From assembly GCF_000621645.1 (NCBI RefSeq), contig NZ_JHXR01000017.1:30001-62000 (forward strand): 32,000 nt of DNA, in the 5' to 3' direction. The DNA is from Vibrio cholerae ATCC 14035 (lineage in GTDB: Bacteria; Pseudomonadota; Gammaproteobacteria; Enterobacterales; Vibrionaceae). Below, piece after piece: positions 19,264 through 26,596 of this stretch; the first letter of the stretch is position 1, and every line of letters starts with the position of its first letter. The notes below the pieces were generated by a model. The model made no database searches and was not told the origin of the DNA. It saw only the letters and a list, made by a program, of their open reading frames with translations. The position numbers and the translations under genes are program-made.

Positions 19264-19647
19264 TTAGTGAGCACAGCCAAGATGGCCTGCGTGTTTGCTT
19301 TGCCAAACTTTCTCATGAAAGTAGTAGGCACAAGTGTTGATGCTGGGTTCAATCATCGCCATCACTCCACCGACCAACCAACTGCCCGTCAACAGGTAAG
19401 CCACGCTGAACGCTACGGTAAAGTGAATCGTCGCGAAGCTGGCCGTTTTGATTCTTGGGTCGCCCGCAAAGCGTTGTAAAGCAGCGGATTTCACCCATGC
19501 TTTTTCATGGAAGTAAAACGCAACGGTGTTCACCATAGGTTCGAGCATTGCAATCAGGCTGCCGATGATGACATCGCCTGTCAGTACATACGCTACCGTA
19601 AACGCGATGGTAAAGTGTATTGCTGCAAAACTTAATGTCTTTTTCAT
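19264..19647 (-). CDS. DUF2061-family small membrane protein with an internal duplication
   Basis: 127 aa. Two homologous halves: TLSFAAIHFTIAFTVAYVLTG...LEPMVNTVAFYFHEKAW and TASFATIHFTVAFSVAYLLTG...IEPSINTCAYYFHEKVW. SD: AGGTGGA. His/Cys-rich tail: KHAGHLGCAH. Confidence 0.75.
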   Translation of the reverse strand: MKKTLSFAAIHFTIAFTVAYVLTGDVIIGSLIAMLEPMVNTVAFYFHEKAWVKSAALQRFAGDPRIKTASFATIHFTVAFSVAYLLTGSWLVGGVMAMIEPSINTCAYYFHEKVWQSKHAGHLGCAH

Positions 19648-19680
19648 GATTCAGTCCACCTGATCTTGTTCGATGAGTTG

Positions 19681-19709
19681 ATTATCGATAATCGTTCTCA
19701 GTTATTCAA
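19681..19709 (-). promoter_or_regulatory. Candidate sigma70 promoter of the DUF2061 gene
   Basis: On the minus strand the sequence reads TTGAAT-17 nt-GATAAT. On the plus strand these are attcaa at 19704-19709 and attatc at 19681-19686. It lies between the usp terminator and the start codon. Confidence 0.5.
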
Positions 19710-19745
19710 ACAGGCAAAACCAATTAGTGTGATAGGAATCGGTGA

Positions 19746-19770
19746 ACAAAAAAGGCGCAATATGCGCCTT
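19746..19770 (-). terminator. Rho-independent terminator of usp
   Basis: On the minus strand the sequence is aaggcgca-tat-tgcgcctt followed by ttttttg. Confidence 0.7.
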
Positions 19771-19797
19771 GAATAAACGATTGAAGATGAGTGCCGA

Positions 19798-20235
19798 TTA
19801 ACCTTGTGGTTTGACGACCATGACATTAATAGGCGAATTTTCTACCACTTTACTGGCCACGGAGCCGAGCATCACTTTATCGATGCGTGAGCGTTTGTGG
19901 CTTGGCATAACAATTAAGTCAGCCCCTAAGCGCTCGGCATAATCAAGGATAGTGGCGTAAGGTTTGCCTTCGGCGATGTGGAGTTTGTACACCACCTCTT
20001 CAGCGATGTGCTTCTCCGCAAAGGCTTTGAGTTGTGCTCGCACATCATTTTTCATCTGCGCGGCCGCGTCTTTAGGAAAATAAGTCGCCACCATGGACAT
20101 GTGAATACCAGGCAACACGTTCAGCAAGTGAATTTCGGCATTGGAATGCTTAGCATGCCAGACAGCAAGTTGCACCGCTTTGTCGGCAAAGCCTTGTTCA
20201 TTCAAATCAACCGGAACAAGAATATGTTTATACAT
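19798..20235 (-). CDS. Universal stress protein family (UspA/UspF-like)
   Basis: 145 aa. It has MYKHILVPVDLNE... and the C-terminal LIVMPSHKRSRIDKVMLGSVASKVVENSPINVMVV, typical of the Usp alpha/beta fold (G-2x-G-9x-GS). Confidence 0.85.
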   Translation of the reverse strand: MYKHILVPVDLNEQGFADKAVQLAVWHAKHSNAEIHLLNVLPGIHMSMVATYFPKDAAAQMKNDVRAQLKAFAEKHIAEEVVYKLHIAEGKPYATILDYAERLGADLIVMPSHKRSRIDKVMLGSVASKVVENSPINVMVVKPQG

Positions 20236-20315
20236 GACGCTCTCTAGGGTTTATTCGTCATCCCGCAACATGCGTCTTAGGGATGCGTTGGCGATGATTG
20301 ATTGACGGGATAAGT

Positions 20316-20341
20316 ATATGCCTGATTTGACTCAGGCATAT
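20316..20341 (-). terminator. Stem-loop downstream of the TRAP permease gene (possible terminator or stabiliser)
   Basis: atatgcctga-tttgac-tcaggcatat is a 10-bp perfect stem 16 nt beyond the stop. There is no clear U-run on the minus strand. Confidence 0.3.
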
Positions 20342-20356
20342 TGACGTAGCACCTTG

Positions 20357-22921
20357 TTACGCCTTTTTTATCCGTCTTTTTTGGTTCCAAGCCAGCAGTA
20401 AGGTCAGCAAAATCGCAGGCAAGAATACCCACTCTTTCATTGGTCGATCGCTATCGACCACCACTGAGCGAATTTCCCAATCGAAATCGATGCCCGCTGC
20501 TTCGGCTGGGCTGCCAAACTCAACCATTTCTACTAGCATGCGGTTTTTATCATTAAGCAGAGTTAAGCCCATTGAGGCGATCCGCTCTTGAGCGCTGACA
20601 GCGCGATCTTCAAACGGCAGTTGCACGGTTTTAGAGGTGTATTCGCCTTTAAGATTCTCTCCCGCGACGATCATCTGGATCGGTTGTCCAACGGGAGCTT
20701 GCTCGACAATCTGCTCTAACTTAGTGCCGGCATACATGACTTGCGCGGGATAAACCATGTCCCACCAAAAACCGGGGCGGAAGAAGGTGAAGGTCAGCAC
20801 CAGTAGCGCGACGACTTCCCACCATTTGGTTTTGGTTAACCACCACCCTTGGGTTGCCGCCGAGAACAGCAACATGGCGGTGATGGAAGAGAGTATGGTC
20901 AGCATTAAGTGCCACCAGCTATCAATACCCATCAGCAGCAACTGGGTATTAAACACAAACATGAAAGGCAAAATCGCGGTGCGGATATCGTAGGCAAAGC
21001 CTTGGATACCGGTGCGGATCGGGTCGGATTTGGCGATCGCCGCCGCGGCAAATGCGGCAAGTCCGACCGGAGGCGTATCATCGGCCAAAATACCGAAATA
21101 GAATACGAACAGATGCACCGCAATCAGTGGGATGATTAAGCCATGCTCAGCGCCTAGAGTGACAATGACTGGAGCCATCAAGGTGGAAACCACGATGTAG
21201 TTGGCGGTCGTTGGTAAGCCCATACCCAGAATTAAGCTGATCACGGCAGTGAAAATCAGCATCAGCATCAAGTTACCGCCAGAGATAAACTCGACAAAGT
21301 CGGTCATCACTAAACCAATCCCAGTCAGGGTAACTACCCCCACGACTGTGCCAGCGGCAGCGGTCGCGACCCCAATACCGATCATATTGCGGGCACCTGA
21401 GACTAAGCTTTCCAAAAGGTCAGTCACGCCCTCTTTCGCCGCATCACCCAGTGAACCCGTGCGATTAAAGAGAGCCATCAGTGGACGTTGCGTGAGTAGG
21501 ATGAAAATCATAAACACGCTGGCCCAGAAGGCCGATAAGCCGGGCGAGAATCGCTCAACCGTCAAACACCACACCAATACCACAATCGGCAGCAAGTAGT
21601 GCAGGCCGGATTTTAACGTCGGGGCGACATCGGGGACGTACTGCAAATTCTCATCAATCCCTAAACCCTCTTTGGCGTAGGGGGCGGATATTTTCACTAA
21701 GCCAACATAAGCGGCCAATAACACCACAGTGAGGATGGGCGTTGCTGCGTCGCCAAAGGCTTCTTTAGTCCAGCCGATACCGTAATAAACCACGGCACTT
21801 ATCACGCATAAACCAAGAATCGTGGCGGTAAATGAGAGCAGCTTTTGAGCCACCGTCGATTGATGACGACGAGGTAAACCACTCATGCCCGCCTTACACG
21901 CTTCAAGGTGAACGATATAAATCAGTGCGATATAAGAAATCAGTGCGGGTAGGATCGCCGCTTTGATCACTTCAACATAGGAAATCCCGACATATTCCAC
22001 CATTAAAAAAGCTGCTGCGCCCATAATCGGTGGGGTTAGTTGGCCGTTGGTGGAGGCGGCTACTTCCACTGCACCCGCTTTGGTGCCGGGAAAGCCGACA
22101 CGTTTCATTAAAGGAATGGTGAAAGTTCCCGTGGTGACCACGTTGGCGATTGAAGAGCCAGAAACCAATCCGGAAAGGCCTGACGCTACCACGGCCGCTT
22201 TGGCTGGACCACCACGCATGTGCCCAAGCATCGAGAAAGCCACTTTGATGAAGTAAGCGCCCGCGCCAGCCCGCTCCAGCATGGCACCAAAAAGCACGAA
22301 CAGGAACACGAATGAGGTAGATACCCCAAGTGCGACACCAAATACCCCTTCGGTGGTGAGCCACAAGTGTGACATCGCCTTATTTAGGCTCGCCCCTTTG
22401 TGGGCAATCACATCGGGCATGTAAGGGCCAGCGAAGGTGTAAAGTAAAAAGAGCGCGGCCACCATCATCAGTGGTGGGCCTAATGCCCGGCGTGTCGCTT
22501 CGAGGAGTAATACCATGCCGACCACAGAGGCGATCACATCAAACTGAGTGGGTGCGCCTGAGCGTCCTGCGAGCTCGGCGTAAAATAGATAGATATAAGC
22601 AGCGGAAAAGCTGCCCGCGAGTGCTAAAAGCCAGTCGGTTAAAGGAATACGATCGCGCGGCGAACCTTTCATTGCCGGATAGGCCGTGAAGGCGAGAAAA
22701 ACGGCAAACGTTAAGTGAATGGAGCGAGCTTGCGTATCATTGAGTACGCCGAAGTCGAAGATAAAGGGGAGTGGTGAAGCGTACCAAAGTTGGAAAAGTG
22801 ACCAACAGAGCGGAACAAACCAAAGCACACGCCCCGGAAGCCCTTTGGGGGCTCGAGCGCCAGTGTCTGCTTGCGCCACCATCTCTTGCACATCTTGCGA
22901 CGGTGTTGTTGTCTGCGTCAT
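20357..22921 (-). CDS. TAXI-type TRAP transporter fused permease (4TM/12TM fusion) with a C-terminal extension
   Basis: 854-aa polytopic protein with DctQ-like plus DctM-like hydrophobic repeats, immediately downstream of a TAXI binding-protein gene. The last 140 aa form a soluble segment plus a final TM helix. Confidence 0.9.
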   Translation of the reverse strand: MTQTTTPSQDVQEMVAQADTGARAPKGLPGRVLWFVPLCWSLFQLWYASPLPFIFDFGVLNDTQARSIHLTFAVFLAFTAYPAMKGSPRDRIPLTDWLLALAGSFSAAYIYLFYAELAGRSGAPTQFDVIASVVGMVLLLEATRRALGPPLMMVAALFLLYTFAGPYMPDVIAHKGASLNKAMSHLWLTTEGVFGVALGVSTSFVFLFVLFGAMLERAGAGAYFIKVAFSMLGHMRGGPAKAAVVASGLSGLVSGSSIANVVTTGTFTIPLMKRVGFPGTKAGAVEVAASTNGQLTPPIMGAAAFLMVEYVGISYVEVIKAAILPALISYIALIYIVHLEACKAGMSGLPRRHQSTVAQKLLSFTATILGLCVISAVVYYGIGWTKEAFGDAATPILTVVLLAAYVGLVKISAPYAKEGLGIDENLQYVPDVAPTLKSGLHYLLPIVVLVWCLTVERFSPGLSAFWASVFMIFILLTQRPLMALFNRTGSLGDAAKEGVTDLLESLVSGARNMIGIGVATAAAGTVVGVVTLTGIGLVMTDFVEFISGGNLMLMLIFTAVISLILGMGLPTTANYIVVSTLMAPVIVTLGAEHGLIIPLIAVHLFVFYFGILADDTPPVGLAAFAAAAIAKSDPIRTGIQGFAYDIRTAILPFMFVFNTQLLLMGIDSWWHLMLTILSSITAMLLFSAATQGWWLTKTKWWEVVALLVLTFTFFRPGFWWDMVYPAQVMYAGTKLEQIVEQAPVGQPIQMIVAGENLKGEYTSKTVQLPFEDRAVSAQERIASMGLTLLNDKNRMLVEMVEFGSPAEAAGIDFDWEIRSVVVDSDRPMKEWVFLPAILLTLLLAWNQKRRIKKA

Positions 22922-23091
22922 GTACCTTATCCTTATTATTGATGTTCCATAGACTTGTCATCGGTACTGAGAGTGTTGTACCTGAAAGTAGTATCACCAA
23001 ACGTGAACGTGATACTAAGGAGGAGGCATTTGCCTCCTCTTTTGTTATTTTTACGGGAGAGGATTTCCTCTCCCTTCTCAGTTGAAACGCG

Positions 23092-24060
23092 TTACTTAAT
23101 CAAACCCGCTTCTTTGTAGTATTTCACTGCACCTGGGTGGAGTGGGATAGAGTTCCCTGCGGTTACCATGTCTTCTTTTTTCAAGTTAGCAAACGCTGGG
23201 TGGAGGCGAGTAAAGGTATCGAAGTTTTCAAATACCGCTTTGGTCAGGTTGTAGACGACCGCTTCAGACACCTCTTCCGTGGTGACTAACGTTGCTGCCA
23301 CACCAAAGCTTTTCACTTCTTGATCTGTGCCGCTGTACATGCCAGCCGGTACAACGCTGTATGCATAGTAAGGGTTGTTGGCGACGATCTTTTCGATCTC
23401 AGGGCCCGTAGCGGGAACCAGTTTGGCAGCACAAGAGGTGGTCGCTTCTTTGATGGCACCATTTGGATGGCCAACCATGTAGATGAAGGCATCAATCTTG
23501 TTGTCACACAGCGCTTGTGAGCGCTCTGAACCTTTGAGCTCCGCCGCCAGTTTAAAGCTGTCGTTATTCCAACCGAAGGCATCCATCACCACTTGCATAG
23601 TGGCGCGATCGCCTGAGCCTGGGTTACCAATGTTGACGCGCTTGCCCGCGAGGTCTTTCACGTTTTCAATGCCTGAATCAGCACGCGCGATGATATTGAA
23701 AGGCTCGGTGTGCATTGAGAATACTGCGCGCAGTTTTTTGTATGGGCCTTGTTCTGCAAATTCGCTCGTACCGTTGTAGCCATGGTACTGCCAATCTGAT
23801 TGCACAATACCGAAATCCAATTCGCCAGAACGGATAGTGTTGACGTTGTAAATAGAGCCGCCAGTCGATTCAACGGAACAACGAATGTTGTGATCTTTAC
23901 GATCCTTGTTCACTAATTTACAGATAGCGCCGCCCGTAGGGTAATAAACACCAGTAACCGAACCGGTACCGATAGTAATGAAATCCTGTGCGCTGGCGAC
24001 ACCAGAGCCGATAACTGCGGCTGCGATAGCACCCATTTTGATTATTTTAGGTAATGACAT
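23092..24060 (-). CDS. TRAP transporter solute receptor, TAXI family
   Basis: The ORF track starts at 24078, but ATG 24060 has the SD AAGGAAGGG with a 6-nt spacing and 24078 has none. Signal peptide: MSLPKIIKMGAIAAAVIGSGVASAQD. GTGSVTGVYYPTGGAICK is the TAXI (TIGR02122-like) N-terminal signature. From memory, the V. cholerae protein at this locus has been reported to bind L-glutamate; I cannot verify this. Confidence 0.9.
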   Translation of the reverse strand: MSLPKIIKMGAIAAAVIGSGVASAQDFITIGTGSVTGVYYPTGGAICKLVNKDRKDHNIRCSVESTGGSIYNVNTIRSGELDFGIVQSDWQYHGYNGTSEFAEQGPYKKLRAVFSMHTEPFNIIARADSGIENVKDLAGKRVNIGNPGSGDRATMQVVMDAFGWNNDSFKLAAELKGSERSQALCDNKIDAFIYMVGHPNGAIKEATTSCAAKLVPATGPEIEKIVANNPYYAYSVVPAGMYSGTDQEVKSFGVAATLVTTEEVSEAVVYNLTKAVFENFDTFTRLHPAFANLKKEDMVTAGNSIPLHPGAVKYYKEAGLIK

Positions 24061-24311
24061 GAATTTCCCTTCCTTCATTGGTAATGTAACCCAAAGCGTC
24101 AGCGCGGCTTCGAGCTTTCCTGCCTGAGAAACGTTGCTTTATTCGCGGCAAAGAACGATAAAGCAGCGGAATCATACCAAAAAAACAACAGATAATTACA
24201 CAACTGTTAAAATTTATAGTGTGATTGACTCATTTATTAAACAGCAAAGCGTTGAGTATTCCGTAAGTATACTCTTTTAATTTCAAATGCTTAGTCTGTT
24301 TAAGTGGTGAG

Positions 24312-24371
24312 TAATGATGTTTCTAAGATGTGAGTTTAGTCACGCACTATGGCGTGACTAAACATCATTAA
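24312..24371 (-). terminator. Long interrupted hairpin downstream of argR
   Basis: The right arm gcgtgactaaacatcatta is complementary to the left arm taatgatgttt[12-nt bulge]ttagtcacgc, with loop actat. It begins 13 nt after the argR stop. There is no strong U-run. Confidence 0.5.
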
Positions 24372-24383
24372 ATGAGAAAGTGG

Positions 24384-24854
24384 TTAACCGGCGTATTCAA
24401 ACAATTCGCACACAGAGTGAAACAGCTCTTTCACTGGAACATCCAAGGTCGGGGTGATAAAAATCGTGTCATCGCCAGCGACTACCCCGAGAATGCCTTC
24501 GGATTTACCGAGAGAGTCGAGCAAGCGAGCGATCAATTGTGCCGCTCCCGGACCTGTGCGGATCACCACCAACGCGTTGTTGTAATCCACATCCAGCACT
24601 AATTCACGCAGTGAGCTACTCGCTGTCGGTACGCCTAATTCTGCAGGCAAGCAGTAAACCATCTCCATCTTAGCGTTACGGGTACGTACCGCGCCAAACT
24701 TGGTCAGCATGCGCGATACTTTGGATTGGTTGATGTTGTCAAAGCCTTCATTTTTTAGCGCTTCAACAATATCGCCTTGTGAGCCAAAGCGTTCTTCTTT
24801 TAGTAAGGCTTTGAAGGCTCGGACTAGGTTGTCTTGTTTATCTACGTTACGCAT
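24384..24854 (-). CDS. argR: Arginine repressor ArgR
   Basis: The ORF track starts at 24917. ATG 24854 gives a 156-aa protein, [57 protein letters not shown]..., colinear with E. coli ArgR (156 aa), including the GDDTIF C-terminal motif. Confidence 0.93.
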   Translation of the reverse strand: MRNVDKQDNLVRAFKALLKEERFGSQGDIVEALKNEGFDNINQSKVSRMLTKFGAVRTRNAKMEMVYCLPAELGVPTASSSLRELVLDVDYNNALVVIRTGPGAAQLIARLLDSLGKSEGILGVVAGDDTIFITPTLDVPVKELFHSVCELFEYAG

Positions 24855-24887
24855 GGTTCTTCTTACTTTGGTTAAATGATCGATTTG

Positions 24888-24912
24888 TGCATATTCTCGC
24901 ATACCTATGCAT
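24888..24912. promoter_or_regulatory. Candidate ArgR autoregulatory operator (ARG-box-like)
   Basis: TGCATattctCGCATacctaTGCAT carries three (T/C)GCAT half-site-like motifs at exact 10-bp spacing, 34-66 nt upstream of the argR ATG. Each 14-mer matches TGAAT-N4-ATTCA at only about 9 of 14 positions. Confidence 0.3.
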
Positions 24913-25078
24913 GACACACCAAACGACTCGCTAAAATTGTCTTCACTGTCACTGTAAATGTTTTTGTTATCAGGTTAGATCGCTGTATAACTCTTTGTCT
25001 CAATTGAACATTAACCGATAATCGTCTTTGATGCTGTAACGCCTTCTCAGCAGTATTGCGCAAAGTCGCAAAGCTGAC

Positions 25079-25111
25079 GTTAATTGATTGTAATCAGATT
25101 GTGATTACTAT
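25079..25111 (+). promoter_or_regulatory. Candidate mdh promoter with an overlapping ArcA-P-box-like sequence
   Basis: TTGATT (25084-25089), a 16-nt spacer, then TACTAT (25106-25111). GTTAATTGATTGTAA (25079-25093) matches 11 of 15 positions of the ArcA response-regulator box GTTAATTAAATGTTA as I recall it. E. coli mdh is ArcA-repressed. Confidence 0.35.
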
Positions 25112-25181
25112 AGCGTTTGACGGTCGGATACACCTAATCACCCTACAAACATATAAGAGATTACTCTCAAGGAGATTTACG

Positions 25182-26117
25182 ATGAAAGTCGCTGTTATTG
25201 GTGCCGCTGGCGGCATTGGTCAAGCCCTTGCTCTGTTACTCAAAAACCGTCTTCCTGCTGGTTCTGATCTCGCGCTGTATGATATTGCGCCTGTCACACC
25301 GGGTGTCGCTGCGGATCTGAGTCATATCCCAACACCAGTTACCATCAAAGGCTATGCGGGTGAAGACCCAACGCCTGCGCTGGAAGGTGCGGATGTGGTT
25401 CTGGTTTCTGCGGGTGTTGCACGTAAGCCGGGTATGGATCGTGCGGATCTGTTCAATGTGAACGCTGGCATTGTGAAAGCATTGGCAGAAAAAATTGCTG
25501 TGGTGTGTCCGAAGGCCTGTGTTGGCATTATTACTAACCCAGTGAACACAACGGTCCCTATCGCAGCCGAAGTGCTGAAAAAAGCCGGTGTGTATGACAA
25601 GCGTAAGCTATTTGGTGTCACCACACTGGATGTGATCCGCTCTGAAACCTTCGTTGCCGCGCTGAAAGATAAAGATCCGGGCCAAGTTCGTGTGCCTGTG
25701 ATTGGTGGTCACTCAGGGGTTACTATTCTGCCTCTGTTGTCGCAAGTAGAAGGCGTAAGCTTTACCGATGAAGAAGTTGCCGCTTTGACTAAACGTATCC
25801 AAAACGCGGGTACCGAGGTGGTTGAAGCTAAGGCGGGTGGCGGTTCAGCGACTCTTTCTATGGGCCAAGCGGCATGTCGTTTTGGTCTTGCACTGGTTAA
25901 AGCACTGCAAGGCGAATCTGATGTTGTTGAGTACGCGTATGTAGAAGGTGAGGGGGAGTACGCTCCATTCTTTGCCCAACCTATCAAGCTAGGTAAAAAT
26001 GGCGTTGAAGCGTTGCTGGATATCGGCAAACTGAGCGCTTATGAGCAAGCCGCGCTGGATGGCATGTTAGATACACTCAAAGGCGACATTCAAATCGGTG
26101 TTGAGTTTGTAAAATAA
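25182..26117 (+). CDS. mdh: Malate dehydrogenase
   Basis: The ORF track starts at 25056. ATG 25182 is preceded by AAGGAG and gives [21 protein letters not shown] (Rossmann GxGxxG), 311 aa, colinear with E. coli Mdh. Divergent from argR, as in E. coli. Confidence 0.97.
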   Translation: MKVAVIGAAGGIGQALALLLKNRLPAGSDLALYDIAPVTPGVAADLSHIPTPVTIKGYAGEDPTPALEGADVVLVSAGVARKPGMDRADLFNVNAGIVKALAEKIAVVCPKACVGIITNPVNTTVPIAAEVLKKAGVYDKRKLFGVTTLDVIRSETFVAALKDKDPGQVRVPVIGGHSGVTILPLLSQVEGVSFTDEEVAALTKRIQNAGTEVVEAKAGGGSATLSMGQAACRFGLALVKALQGESDVVEYAYVEGEGEYAPFFAQPIKLGKNGVEALLDIGKLSAYEQAALDGMLDTLKGDIQIGVEFVK

Positions 26118-26142
26118 TCGACAATCGATTCAAGCATTGGAA

Positions 26143-26173
26143 AATACCGCTCTTGAAGAGCGGTATTTTTTTA
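26143..26173 (+). terminator. Rho-independent terminator of mdh
   Basis: aataccgctc-ttgaa-gagcggtatt followed by ttttttt. Confidence 0.8.
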
Positions 26174-26182
26174 TCTCAATGA

Positions 26183-26325
26183 TATCCCCTTCCTACTTGA
26201 AGCTGCAGCGGTGTTGACTACACTCGTTCACCCCAATCACATAGTTTGCCTATGTCTATGTCTATGCCTATGCTTATGGGGATTCACTTACTTGCCGCCT
26301 ACCTGCAACTTCAAGTAGTTTGAGA
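26183..26325. repeat. ERIC-type element, copy 2, in the same orientation as copy 1
   Basis: It contains cgttcaccccaatcacatagtt and atgcttatggggattcac (TGGGGATTCAC is identical to the ERIC1R 3' end). The terminal inverted repeats are ctacttgaag and cttcaagtag. It is about 22 bp longer than copy 1, mainly because of a central hexamer array. Confidence 0.8.
26251..26280. repeat. Imperfect hexanucleotide tandem repeat (TATGYC-like, 5 units) inside ERIC copy 2
   Basis: The units are tatgtc tatgtc tatgcc tatgct tatggg. The equivalent position in copy 1 has only about 2 units (tatcta tgctca tgggg). Confidence 0.8.
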
Positions 26326-26596
26326 TTTGGGAGGTCTTAAAATTAATTATTTGATTTTTCAGTTTTAAATTCCAGCTATTGGTTTTCCACTAGTGAATTC
26401 TTATGTTACTTATCTAATTATCATTTCATCCCACTGCTTTTCGTGTAATATGCGCTGTTTTTTGTATGCTTCGACTCATGTCTTGTGAGTGGAATGGTGG
26501 CCCTTCGGCTGTTGCAGGCGGATTTTCTCTTGTTTGTGACTGATGCTTGGAAGGGGAAGATGGCTTTTTACCTCTGTTATTGGTGATTAAAAAATA

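Noticed and set aside
19252-19479. 75-aa plus-strand ORF opposite the DUF2061 gene
   Set aside because: The minus-strand ORF has the SD, a promoter, a terminator and an internally repeated conserved motif. The plus-strand frame has none of these.
22771-23085. 104-aa plus-strand ORF spanning the TRAP permease 5' end and the intercistronic spacer
   Set aside because: It is antisense to the permease start and reads through three hairpins. It has no SD and its sequence is non-protein-like.
25056-25181. N-terminal extensions suggested by the ORF track for mdh, and likewise for argR (24855..24917), ispB (29124..29198), maf (7502..7555), obgE (30173..30187) and the TAXI protein (24061..24078)
   Set aside because: In each case an internal ATG with a good SD yields a protein colinear in length and N-terminal sequence with well-known orthologs. 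The extensions run through promoter or intergenic sequence.
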